This document shows positions 23,970 to 35,149 of a DNA stretch of 64,000 bases, one piece after another. The stretch spans positions 387,399-451,398 of the forward strand of contig NW_005434642.1 in assembly GCF_000315625.1 (NCBI RefSeq), read 5' to 3'. The number at the start of each line of letters is the position of its first letter. Position 1 is the first letter of the stretch. Under the pieces are notes generated by a model. That model did no database searches. It saw only the letters and a program-made list of their open reading frames with translations, and had not been told where the DNA came from. The DNA comes from Guillardia theta CCMP2712. Its lineage: Eukaryota; Protista; Cryptophyta. The translations under genes were made by a program, and so were the position numbers.

Positions 23970-25277
23970 ATGGCTGTTCCTGCAGAGTTTGTTTGCTATG
24001 TCGAGCGGCAAGCACCCGCTACTGCCTCTTCATCCTCCAAGAGGAGGAGAGCAGCTGTAGCTGCCGTGCTCCTTGCAGTCGCTATCTGTGCTGCTGCTCT
24101 TCTCGTCTCTTCTCCGTCCGGCAAGAGTGTCGGCCGTGTCAACTTCCTGACGATGAAAAGAAGTCAGACAACCTCGCTTGCAAGGGCGCATGATGTTAAG
24201 CTTGCAACACAGCTCATCCGAGCAGCTCCTCACTCATCCGTCCAGTCGATGGAGCTCATTTTGAAGCATTGGCAAGATCATATGGTTTCCAACTTAGATG
24301 CGGACGTCAGCAGAGGTCTCATGCTTGCAATGGTGCCAAAGAACATCGAGACCGCTCTGGAGGAATCGGGAAAACTTTGCGAGAAGAAGGACATCATCTT
24401 CAGCAAGTTCAGCCAGCTCCTCGCAAAACTCTCCAAAGAGTCTAAGACGAGAAACGAGACCGATCAAACTGCACATGATGCTCAAGTCGCAGCTACCGAG
24501 GCATGGCTTGATTCTGAATCTGAATACCGCCTGGAGGAAGAGAAGAAGAAGGAAGCTCTGGATGGAGCTTCATACGCTCGTGCTGAGTATGAGAAGTGGG
24601 CTGAAACGGTGAAGCGTACCAGTGAACGTCTTGCTACGATGCAAACGAATTACGACAAGGAGATGGCAGACATCAACTCTCAGAGGTCTCTGATCCAGGA
24701 GATTCTTCGCCTATTTGGTGTACTTGGCAGCGAGCCGCTAGATTCAGCTACTGCAAATGCAGGAGGGTACATGGCGTCCGAGAAGGCTCATCCTCTCACC
24801 CTGAAAGAGATCAAGTCGAAGATTTCACTGCTCAGGCAAGAGGCGGTCAACGGCGGAGCCATCAAGCTTCAACTTGTCAACCAGCTTGAGTCCAAGCTTG
24901 CCAACTATGCAGAGACAGACGAAGTGAAGAAGCTTCTGTCTGGCATGATCAGCGACCTCAATACACGTGAGGAAGTGATCAGTTCCGCGCTCAAACAGAC
25001 TCAGGAAGAGCTTGAGAAGCACAAGAAGAAGCTTGTAGACTACGAAACGCAAGTTGTCGATCTCTCCAATGCAGCAGACAAGGCGCAGGAATCAGCTGCT
25101 GCCCAGGACCTCAAGCGCCAAGCTTTGAACGGAAAGAAGAAGGACGCGTCGGAGAACTATAAGAACGAACATGCCGAGTATGTCATCGTCGCACCCCCAG
25201 CGGATCGAGCTATCACCATCCTTGAGGTGATCATGAAGAAGATCAACGAGTTTTGTGCTGCCTCGACCTCTCAGTAG
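23970..25277 (+). CDS. Single-exon 435-aa coiled-coil protein with N-terminal signal anchor, function unknown
   Basis: Long ORF with coding-like codon use; KRRR followed by a hydrophobic helix; extended heptad pattern. Confidence 0.85.
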   Translation: MAVPAEFVCYVERQAPATASSSSKRRRAAVAAVLLAVAICAAALLVSSPSGKSVGRVNFLTMKRSQTTSLARAHDVKLATQLIRAAPHSSVQSMELILKHWQDHMVSNLDADVSRGLMLAMVPKNIETALEESGKLCEKKDIIFSKFSQLLAKLSKESKTRNETDQTAHDAQVAATEAWLDSESEYRLEEEKKKEALDGASYARAEYEKWAETVKRTSERLATMQTNYDKEMADINSQRSLIQEILRLFGVLGSEPLDSATANAGGYMASEKAHPLTLKEIKSKISLLRQEAVNGGAIKLQLVNQLESKLANYAETDEVKKLLSGMISDLNTREEVISSALKQTQEELEKHKKKLVDYETQVVDLSNAADKAQESAAAQDLKRQALNGKKKDASENYKNEHAEYVIVAPPADRAITILEVIMKKINEFCAASTSQ

Positions 25278-25530
25278 TGAGTTCATAGCAAGATAACGTT
25301 GAAGTTCTGTGGTGTGAACTTCGCTGTAATTCTAACAGCTTTCGGCTAGTAGTTTATTTGTCGAGGACGATTCCAAAAAAAGAAAACAAAAATATGCGTT
25401 GACTCTTAGTCATCCTTCACACCAACCTAGGGGATCACATATTTTTTGAATGCTATACATTTCACTATCCATCAGTAGATTTACATGTCATGGAAGCAGG
25501 ATGCGCGCGAATCTTGCTGCCTTGAAAACA

Positions 25531-26580
25531 TTATTGATAAACCTTCAGGTTTGACGAGACGGGAATGCTGTAACCTAGCTGTTTCATATTCCTCACCACC
25601 TGTGCATCCTTCAACTGAAGTAGCATCACACTGTCGAGGGGCATACCACATTCAACTTCAAAACCACGGTTCCACTCGTTCGCACGCGGGTCACCTCTCT
25701 AGGAAACGTCCCTCAGCTGCCTTTCGTCCCAAGTGTAGCAGGTCGACAGACATACCTGCCAGTTGGCAGAGCAGGCCTCTTCGGATCGATGTATTCTACA
25801 ACAACTGCTGTCACGTAGCTGGGGCAAGAATGCAAAACATCTCTGGCTGAACCTGCTGGGGTAGCGTGGATCCATCCGATGAACTGTTGGAGCAGAGAAG
25901 ACTGAGGCAGGCAAGTTAGCATCTGAGCCATGGCTCGAGGCAAACGGCCGACCGAGAGCGGGCGGAACATCGGGACTTCAACCTCGTGTGCGCCAGGCAC
26001 TACAGGGATGTGTACGGAGCCATAGCCGCGAATGACGTCACGATTCCTGATGGCATGTGAGAACATGCACAGCACCAGCAAGGTCATCAGAGTTACAAGA
26101 AGTCCGTCCCATGCACTGTCAACACGATCTGTGGCCAGCCATAAACATTCGTGCTCTTGAAAGTGAGTTCTGACTCGGAGTGTCAGGCCGCTGAACCCAA
26201 GGGTACACAACTCTCGACCTAGAGGAAAGTTCCACACAACTCTGGAATCGCTTCCTGGGGAGATGGAAGCCACCTATTGCGCTGGTGTTCAGCTTTCACA
26301 TTGTGCTAGCAGAACGATGAACCTGGGTGACCCCTTCCTCCATCCCAGCAACCACCTGCGGGTACCATCACACCAGAACGACAGGCTGTGACATGGTAGG
26401 ACCTGCCAATCAATGCCATGGTGAACGAGGATGTTGCAATAAAGGTTGTCGTCTCCTGCGAAGGATCCACTTTCCACCTGCTCAACGGTCAATGCTTCCG
26501 CAGAATACAACTGTTCCCATCACCTGGCCTGTCACATGAAGCTCGAATGTGGAAGGAGGCGCTGCGTTCCGATCAAGCAT
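25531..26580 (-). CDS. B9D1: Ciliary transition-zone B9-domain protein (B9D1/MKSR1-like)
   Basis: Exons give FELHVTGQ, NLYC...GIDW, EEGVTQ, VVWNFPL, DVIRGYGSVHIPVVPG, PMFRP and EYIDPK, matching the B9D1 consensus. Confidence 0.85.
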
Positions 26581-27247
26581 AGCAGATGAAGTCGCCATCC
26601 TTCCGCAAACATCAGCGAGATTCAGGAAAGCTTGCTATCGCTCGTCCCGTGTTCCTCCCACTACACCCTCATGGTCCTCGTTTCCACTTCGATTGCTCCA
26701 CCGCTCTCCCTGAGCCCTCAAACGACCTCCTGAGCGTCCACCACTTTCAAGACATGACTATGACTTGTTTTCACAAAGCTACATCTCCCTTCAAGATCTG
26801 AAGCCTTCTTTTCGGGCCCTAGCGCCCAACTACTTTCAATCTGGGTCGTCCCTGGCTCTGCCGTCCCTTCAGCCCTTTCATCCTGCGTGTCTTCGGTGCT
26901 GTACTCCAGCCCTGCTCTCAAAAGTCCCCCTCCATGATAGGACACCAACATGCTTCTCCTCCTTCTCTCCTCCCTACGCCTCTTGTCTTCCTCTCCTCTC
27001 CCCCTCCTCTCCTCTCCACTCATGCCAACGGAATGGCGGGAAGCCGCTACCGGCTACCCTACCCTACCCTGTGAAGAATATCGGGGCGCTGCTGTCGAGA
27101 TCGAGGATAATGGTGGGGTCATTGTATGTACTTAGAAGGGGTGTCGGAATAGTATTGTGTCGGGGTAATTGGAATAGTGAGGGGTGGGGTAGTAAAACCG
27201 AAACCACAGTGCTCAAATTTTGCTCTGACGTCGATTTTTACATTGCG

Positions 27248-27368
27248 AGGGGAGGGAGGGGGAGGGGAGGGGGAGGGAGGGGGAGGGAGGGGGAGGGAGG
27301 GGAGGGAGGGGAGGGAGGGGAGGGAGGGGAGGGAGGGGAGGGAGGGGAGGGAGGGGAGGGAGGGGAGA
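27248..27368 (+). repeat. Pure-purine (GGGAGGGGA)n tract, G-quadruplex/H-DNA prone
   Basis: About 120 bp of only G and A with a 9-bp period. Confidence 0.95.
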
Positions 27369-27516
27369 GGGGGCAGAGGACAGACAGAAAGTGAGGAAGT
27401 GTGATGGTAGCATCTTGATTGAAGGAACATGGCTGGATAAAGCTTCACGACTTCTGTTTTACCCTTTGCCCGAAAGCCTTCATTCGTTGTTTTTTTCATT
27501 GCCGTTTCTACCCTCA

Positions 27517-28912
27517 TCAAACATTGTCGACTCGCCGCAGGATGAACGTCGTTCCTTTGTTTCCACGCGAGCTGCATGATGCAGTGGTTAGAACAAAACA
27601 GGAGAAAACGACAGGGTATGAGTCAGCCGGACATTCTCAAATTTTGCGAAAGGAAAGTCGTATCGAGCCATCCTTTCGCCTCGTCGCCCAACAGCCGAAA
27701 AGGAACCTGCAGATCATGAACGTGAATGGCGAACAGGGTGAAACACGTAATACAGGATATGGGATGCGGAGAGGTCCGAGCTGTGAGAAACAAGCTCAGG
27801 GGAAGGCCTGATAGCAATGCACAGCTCACCTGGAAGTATGCTAGATCGAAAGTGAAAGAGATTCTCTGTGGAAAGAAAGACGATTTGATCGTTCACGCCA
27901 TGTCGAAAGAAGAGAACGAGTTGCACCTTGCTGGTCGCCCTGTCGACGGTTGCGGCGGCACTGGAGCAGCTTCAAGTCAGAGACAAGGTTGGAGGGAGTA
28001 GTGGTACCTCAGTCTGAGATAGAGGTTCTCTCCGCTCCCGAAGCGAACATATTGATCCACACGAGGATCTTGACCCTGCGGCAGTGTGATCAGAGACAAG
28101 ACTGTTGAGAGAGTTTGCAAGCTGAGACCTGAAGCCGAATGTTCTGAGTGATCGTGATGCCTTCAATCGATGTTACTGTCCTCTGGACCCCGATGCCCTC
28201 AGCCGCGATCTCGGTCTATCGAGCGCTCACCTGGATAGGAGAGGAGGAGGATGCTTGTGTTATCATCTCGGAGACCTTGCTGTCCTCTCCCAAGATGCTT
28301 GACAGAACTCCCTCGAGGCCAGGCTTCGTCCCGTCCACGCGCTTTCCTGGGATGGTGTTGTATCAGAGGAGAGCTCGCAGCGCCATGGCCGAGGTGCACC
28401 TAGAGGATTTCGGAGGTCGAACTTGGACTTGGAGGTGTACAGCAGCTCCCAATCTCCCTCTATCAGAGACGATACAGCTGGGTCCGCTACCCCTCCTGCC
28501 TCCTCCAGGTTGTCGATCGCGGATTGGATTTCCTGCACACGCCATCAGCACGCATCCCCCCCCCCCCCCCTCCTCTCGAGCGTCGACCAGCGGGTCAGTC
28601 CCTCACCTACCTGCAGCTGCTCTTGGGTTGCTCGCTGTCCTCGGCCTCTCGTTTGGCGGATCAGCTTCATCAAGCTCTGCTCCACGTCCGCTGAAGTAGC
28701 CGAGCACACTATCCCAGCCCTTGCTGCTCGCCTACTGCTGTGCTGCCTGCCGACCTTCCTGTCATGGGCAGGGAGGGGAATGGAGGTAGGATCGACCTGG
28801 TTGACAGACGCGGAACGGAAGCATCATGAATAAGGTGGCTGCAAGTGAAGGAGAAAGTGTCTTCCGCAAGGACAGCGAGGCACAGAGCGAAGAAAAGCCG
28901 GGAAGGGCGCAT
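27517..28912 (-). CDS. Plastid lipid-associated protein / fibrillin (PAP domain)
   Basis: Signal peptide then TFS-F; LIEGDWELLYTS; C-terminal VPFRLLGDEAKGWLDTTFLS..LRISRGNKGTTFIL, the typical fibrillin end. Confidence 0.88.
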
Positions 28913-29173
28913 GCTGCTGGTCCTGTTTGATTGAGGTGATAGTTAGTGAAGCTCCCTTGCTTACAACCGGATTCTATCTGCCATATCACTCCACTTCCCC
29001 CTCTTCCTCCTCTTCCTCCTCTTCCTCCTCTTTCCCGCCCCCCTTGGTCGTTTGCCATGGGCATGTTCTTTTAAGCGCTCGATTCTCCCTGCGGCAGCAG
29101 CTCATTTGTTCTAATTGACAGCTGCTGCCCCCTGCCCTTTGCCGGGGAACATGCAGGAGAGCGCAGGGTGGTA

Positions 29174-31471
29174 ATGGGAGGGGAGGAGACGCTGCTGAGG
29201 CGCGCGGCGCTGGCAGTGGCTGAGAACGAGGAGAGGTATGAGAGCTTCGGCTGCATGCCAGAGGATGTCGCTGATCGGATCATGTACGCCATTCAACAGA
29301 GGGGACAGGTGTCGCTGGGGACCTTGCTCAAGTTCTCCTCGTGCACCCTCACATCCGTGGGACTGGGCAGCCATGGCGTTACTGACGACTGGATGTTCGT
29401 GCTGTCATGCATGCACTTGAAGACGCTGGACCTCTCCTCCAACCCGTGGCTGACTGATGCCGGCATCGCGCTCTTGGTCAGCTTCCCAAGGAGTACAAGC
29501 GGGGGGCGGCGCAGCAAGCAAGACGGAGGGCGGGCTTCTCCCATGCCGAGGAGGAGGAAGAGCTCTTCGAAGAAGAAGATGGTCAGACAGGAAGGAAGAA
29601 ACTCTGAAGACTCGGAGAGCGCAGGGTCTACGCCCTCCTCCTCCTCCTGGAACGACTCGTGGAGCATGGAGGGCTGCATGAGCCGGTGGAACTTCGCGGG
29701 AGGTTCCCCATCGCTCTCCGTGCAGAGCCTGATCCTAACAGGAACAGGAGTGTCCAACAGCGGGCTAGCGTTTCTCCCCCAGCTTCCCCACCTCACCAGG
29801 CTGGAGATCGGGCAGACTGATCGAATCTCCAATACCGGCATGCAGTGGGTGGCCAGGTGTGCTGGACTCTCGGAGCTCCGGTGCACTTTCCTGCCCAAAG
29901 TTACCACAGGCGTTCAGTTCCTCTCAGAGCTGAAGGGCCTGACCTACCTTGACTTGCAGGGCTGCTCCAAGTTGACCGACGCCTGCGTGCAGCCGCTGGC
30001 TTCTCTTGGATCCCTCGAGAGGCTCGACCTTCGCTTCTGCCCCAAGATCAGCAATGTCATGTTGAGAACCTTCGCGCTCCTCAAGTCTCTGAGTGACCTG
30101 CAGCTGTCCTCCTCAGGGATCCGCATCGCCGACACGTCCAACATGCCGTACTGGGAGCTGAGCGTGCTGAAGCTTGTTTCCATCTCGCTCTCCGAGTGTC
30201 TAATAGAGCCCAGCATGCTGTCGACATTGTCATGCCTGGAGAGCTTGTACCTCCTCCGATGCTCCTTCTGCTCTTGCGATCGATGCAACCTGAGGCATGC
30301 ACACGATGCGAGGTGCGTGCAGGGGGACTTGCACGGGTCTCTCCTATCCCTCAAGCGCCTCCGGTCCCTCCAGCTTGTTCGCTGCTCGCTGCCGGACGAC
30401 TGCATCGACGCTTCTCTCTTGAACGGGCTGACGATGCTAAACCTCTGCGAGAGCCAGTATGCCTCTGCCTCCCTCCGCCAGATCTTTCATCAAGGAACGT
30501 CCCTTGCAAGCCTGAACCTGATGGGATGGGATGTTGGCCATGAAGAGGTCGGCGACAAGGGGCAGGAGGCGGAGTCGAGATCGCTGAGCCTCTCTCTCCT
30601 TGAGAGGTTGGAGCTTCCTCGCTTCGTGGGCATCTCCGCACACCTTCGGGATTTCTCCGGCTTCTCCATGTTGCGGACGCTCGACCTGAAGCATTCCGAC
30701 ATGCGCGATGAGGCAGCGGCATCGCTCATGAGCTTGCTGTTCCTGGAGTGGATTGACGTCTCCAAGTGCAAGGCGCTCAGCCTTCACGGGCTGCTCGCTT
30801 CCCTCCCTCCCAATGTCAGGCACCTGTTTGCTCGAGGGCTCAAGGTTCACTTGGATCATGGCGAAAGGGCTTCGAGGTCCCTCCCTTCCGGGCAACGGAA
30901 CAAGCGGGCGGAGGAACAAGAGAGTATCTTCGAGATGAGCGACGAGGAGGGCGACGACAACGACGACGATAACGATCGGCGAGTGGACGAGCAAGAGGGG
31001 GAGTTCGGGAGCTGCCAGGAGGAGGGAGACTACCTGAACTCCTTTCACCGTCTCGATCAGCTTGAAACCCTTGATATCAGCTCCAGCGACATCCTCATCT
31101 CGAAATTTCTCGGAGAATTCCCTCCTACCCTTCGCGTCTTGAAGCTCAACCAGTGCGTGAACGTCTGCAGACAGCTGCACACCATCCTCCCCGAGCAGCT
31201 GCAGCAGATCGAGCTCAACGGATGCTACAGTTTCGGGGACGTCGGCCTCCAGTCCATGGTGCGCAAGTGCAAGCGGCTCAGGGACATCAGCCTTGTCGGC
31301 GTTCCTTTCGGAGATGCAGGAGCTTGCTCCATCGCCTCCCTCAACAGCCTGCAGACTCTGAGGATACAGACCGACTCCCGGACGCCCCTCACCGACCATG
31401 GTCGTGCGATCCTCTACTCCAAGCCCAATGTCACGGTGATCTCCGTCACCAGCGGCACTAGCATCTACTAG
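29174..31471 (+). CDS. Leucine-rich repeat protein (cysteine-containing/RNI-like LRRs), single exon
   Basis: 767-aa ORF with repeated LxxLDLxxCxxLTD units (LKTLDLSSNPWLTD, LTYLDLQGCSKLTD, LERLDLRFCPKIS); basic NLS-like RRRKSSSKKK. Confidence 0.88.
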   Translation: MGGEETLLRRAALAVAENEERYESFGCMPEDVADRIMYAIQQRGQVSLGTLLKFSSCTLTSVGLGSHGVTDDWMFVLSCMHLKTLDLSSNPWLTDAGIALLVSFPRSTSGGRRSKQDGGRASPMPRRRKSSSKKKMVRQEGRNSEDSESAGSTPSSSSWNDSWSMEGCMSRWNFAGGSPSLSVQSLILTGTGVSNSGLAFLPQLPHLTRLEIGQTDRISNTGMQWVARCAGLSELRCTFLPKVTTGVQFLSELKGLTYLDLQGCSKLTDACVQPLASLGSLERLDLRFCPKISNVMLRTFALLKSLSDLQLSSSGIRIADTSNMPYWELSVLKLVSISLSECLIEPSMLSTLSCLESLYLLRCSFCSCDRCNLRHAHDARCVQGDLHGSLLSLKRLRSLQLVRCSLPDDCIDASLLNGLTMLNLCESQYASASLRQIFHQGTSLASLNLMGWDVGHEEVGDKGQEAESRSLSLSLLERLELPRFVGISAHLRDFSGFSMLRTLDLKHSDMRDEAAASLMSLLFLEWIDVSKCKALSLHGLLASLPPNVRHLFARGLKVHLDHGERASRSLPSGQRNKRAEEQESIFEMSDEEGDDNDDDNDRRVDEQEGEFGSCQEEGDYLNSFHRLDQLETLDISSSDILISKFLGEFPPTLRVLKLNQCVNVCRQLHTILPEQLQQIELNGCYSFGDVGLQSMVRKCKRLRDISLVGVPFGDAGACSIASLNSLQTLRIQTDSRTPLTDHGRAILYSKPNVTVISVTSGTSIY

Positions 31472-31529
31472 ACTTGTCACTCGATTCAATGATTTGTACA
31501 GCATCGTCATTAGAAATAATCATAGTAGC

Positions 31530-32365
31530 CCGGGCCTACTGCCTAAAGTACCACCGCTGATCGGCGACTTACAGCCTCGGCGACTCAGCCTGTACGGTAC
31601 GACGTCGGCTCGGAGCCTCGGAGCCCGGCCCTCCCGGGCACACTGCCCGGGCCGCCGCCGCGCTCCTCAGGCAGTGTCACGTCGCCGCGCGCGGGGCCGG
31701 CCGGGCGCGGCGGCCCCCCGGTGCCAGGCGTCCAGCCGACTCGGATGAGTCCGCCGCTGGGGGCGCGGCGAACTTCGGAACAGTTCAACGGTTGAACATA
31801 TCAGTCACGATTGATTGCGGCTTCAGCGATATTGATTGCAAGTTCAGCGACCCACGTGATTGCAGTGAATATAAGGCACGCCGCTGAGCCTAAGTAAGAG
31901 AGGCCGGGCCGACGACACGGGGCCGGGCGTGCGGCGCGGCGCGGTCTGAGAGTCAGTGAGGCAGACAGCCGGCGCCGCGGCCGCGGCCGCCCGCCGGCCC
32001 AGCGGAGTCACTCCGGGTGATAACGGCCTGTCCGTCATCACACGGCGGTGACCGTACCGTGCCCCCACCCGGTACTGGCACTGTACGGGCCGTAAGTTCC
32101 GACGGTTCATGTCCGTCACTGACAAAGGCGGCCCCCCCGGCCCGGCCGCGCCGCACCGTGACCCGCCGCCGGCGCTGAAGCTCGGCCGCGGCGGCCCGGA
32201 CCGGCCGGCGTACGCCGTCCGATCCAGACGCACCGTCACTGACCCGGCCCGGGCGCGGCACACCGTGGCACCGGCCCGGGTGGCACGGGCCTGACGGTAC
32301 TATTCAATGATTCGGTACCGGCCGCCGGCGGCCGGGCGTCACGGTGCAGGGAACTTCGGAACCCA
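31530..32365. other. CpG-rich palindromic word island
   Basis: Same vocabulary; GAACTTCGGA at 31770 and 32351. Confidence 0.6.
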
Positions 32366-32412
32366 CTGATTAAATCACTTAACTCAGATGATTTGAATCG
32401 ATTGCTGTCAAA

Positions 32413-34035
32413 ATGTCGCTTCGGGACAGTGCGAGAAGAACGGAGTTAGGCGGGGTGAAGGAGGAGGAGGAGGAGGAGGAGAGGGGGGGGGGGCCGAGGG
32501 CGAGGGAGAGAGAGACGAATGAAAGACCAGACACAGGGAGTATGAGATGATCTACGAGGAGGTGAAGAAGGAACAAGGGTGTCGAAGCGAAGTGGAGCAG
32601 AACGTAGACTGGAAGCAGATGAGAACTTGGAGCGGAGAGGAGAAAGCAGTGATCGTTGAGTTGGAGAAGCAGATTCCAGACATCGATGAGGAAGAATAGG
32701 ATTGTATATGTTCAGTGAGCATAAAAGGACGGGCATTTCTTCCGAATGCGAGCAGGATACTTGAATATAGCTGGAGTGGTACAGTTTTTTCTCAGTCCCA
32801 CCTGGACCATTGAACACCGTCTCCCTTTGAGCTCGGTTTAATTTCAGTTCGTCCTTCAGGAAAAGACCTGCGATTATCAGAAAACAGCTGTCTGAGCACA
32901 ATGAAGGAAGAAAGGTAAGTCATTCAAACGAGAACTAAGCTTGAGCGATTGACACTGTTGGAAGGGAGAATTCGTTGGCGAATGCCGGAATAGCTTTGTT
33001 CAGCGCACAGGTAGATATCGAGCCGGAAACTTCAGTCTAGGTGTAACTATGAATCACAGATTCTCTCGTCGGCAGCAATGTTTGTCCTCCTGTGCTCTTT
33101 ATTCTTTCAAATGGGAGACGACCCTTTTTATCGGAGCGCCTTCATCCCTTCGTACTCTACGGTGAGCTGGAGCGTCCTAGAGGGTCAAACATCTGCATGC
33201 ACTGGCCTCTGCCAAGGAAGTGGCTGCCTTGTGCTCCGGTCACTGTGAGCTGCAGGCCTGGACGGTCGGGTCGCTAGTCCTCCTCACAGTCTGCGACTTC
33301 CTGTTCACTGTACGTGAAGCAGATAGATCCTGGGAGATTTTGAGCTGAAAATTTTGTTTTCCTGCAGAGCTTTGCTGTATCGGGGATCGTCTACTCTCAA
33401 CGTCTGATCGCTGTAACCCTCGGCTATTCCTCCTGACTTTTGTTTGCAGCCGAAGGACTAGGAAGTTTCTTCGTAGCCAAGTTCCTCATTCTCATCCTCT
33501 ACTTGATCGGTAGGACTTCGGCCAACAACCCAGTCGATGCTGACAGTCGCGTGCGCAGTGTTCGGGTGCTCGACGGCCTGGACGGGCACGGAGATCTTCT
33601 TTTCTTTGTACTTGTGCAATGTTAATAACCGGTGATGCTGATGGGCGTCGCAGATTCTATTTGGTGTACTCGATAGCAGAGATGTACATCGCAATTGCGC
33701 TGCACTCGGAACTTCTGAGAGGTTGGACTGTTGCTGTTTTCTACACACATCTCACCGCTGGCTTTCTCAATGGACAGGCAATAAGGAAGAGGATGATGAC
33801 AAGGTAAACGTTGAATCATGTGCCATGAAGCGCTCGGCTGATGTTGTGTTCATTCAGCCGTATCAATCTCCTGGCCATACCGGCAAATATGTCAGCCGGT
33901 TTGTTTAAACAGCCACTGGGACAATTATGTGTAGGGTTGGAACCCAACTCAGAGGGCTCAAAGTTTGAACTGCTCGAAGGGAACATCCTCTTGAGGATTG
34001 CAGAGCTCAGTCGTGCATTCCTTGTCACCGAATAA
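32413..34035 (+). CDS. Hypothetical multi-exon, probably membrane, protein
   Basis: Regular short GT-AG introns and hydrophobic exons such as FYLVYSIAEMYIAIAL; the 5' frame could not be resolved. Confidence 0.4.
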
Positions 34036-34162
34036 CATCCTGCATGAGGTTTACAAGACCTTCCATCTCAACGACCCGTAAGGGAAGATTACCTGCTTGA
34101 CTTCTTGTTGTCATACAGCGCAAGAAAATCCTGTAACAAATGGTTTACAATCATAAATATGA

Positions 34163-34974
34163 CTATTTAGAGAGATTGAAAGCTCCTGCCTGCATCTTTG
34201 ACTTGACTTCGTTGTAGTACGTCTTCAGATCTCCGGCATCGGAAGGTTTCTTGCCGGCTTTCAGCTCGTCTACAGTCTTTATCACAGATCTTCGTTGACA
34301 GCAAACAAACTCCTGGCTTACCTTGGAGGAAGTTGATCTCAACCTGGAGCGATTCCATCGCATCACAGCTCTCTACCATCAACCCAGTCCAGACTCCCGC
34401 ATCGGCGCCCAACAGATTGTTCTTTGGCAAGTTCTTTGCCGCCTTCTTGAACATGAGCTCCATCGAATCCCTGGTGAACGGTTCCTGCATTGCTGATCAG
34501 CCGTGAGGAGAAAGTGATCATGGCCACCGTCACCTTCGACAAAGTCTGTATCACGATCGGCCAGGACGAGGAGTCTTGGATCTTCCCCTCCAGGCTCTCA
34601 AGGACTTTAAACGTATCCTGCAGTTTCTTCCAATCCGCAGGGTCTGCAGGGCCAGGGGGGAGGGGAGCGCGGACAGGAGTCCCTCCGTACGAGGGCAGAG
34701 GCAAGAGGATGCTGCTGGACAAGAAGGCCATCGCGGTCAAGACCTCTCTCCTTCCTACATGCTCCATGCCGAGCCCCATGCTCACAACGAGCGACGGGGA
34801 GCGGGAGCGAGGTAAGGACATGGAGCCCTGGCTGATGCGACGTTGGAAGCATCCTCTGGCTGAGGAGGAGACGCGGAGAGCATGCGCGCTTGACGAGGAG
34901 GGCTGGGTGATGAAGGAAACCACTTGTCCCAGCTGCAGCAGCGCTGCGACCATCACGACAGCCCACTTCTGCAT
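34163..34974 (-). CDS. Thylakoid-lumen protein with tripartite targeting (signal + transit + Tat); helical, PsbQ-like fold possible
   Basis: MQKWAVVMVAALLQLGQVVS-F, a Ser/Arg transit peptide, GRREVL twin-Arg, a hydrophobic stretch ending PSYG, a Pro-rich segment, then amphipathic helices. Confidence 0.75.
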
Positions 34975-35149
34975 GGCGCTGCCTTTTGCGAAAAGTCCGC
35001 TGAAGCAATACTTTATAGAGGTGCCCGCTGTTACTATAAACTCCTTGGTACAAATCAATGGAAATATTATGAAAAGGAAGCAAAATGAACATTAAATAAA
35101 TGTCAAAAGTCGAGGCAGAAATGATGTTTCCCTGCAGTCGGGATCCTGA

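Noticed and set aside
31494-32294. Arg/Gly/Pro-rich ORFs in CpG islands (also 233-583, 20002-20294, 40670-41630)
   Set aside because: Open frames are expected from stop-codon scarcity at very high GC; no domain motifs or splice pattern.
32695-32700. In-frame TAG suggesting readthrough or recoding in the gene at 32413
   Set aside because: The exon structure there is unresolved, so an unrecognised intron or a different start is the simpler explanation.
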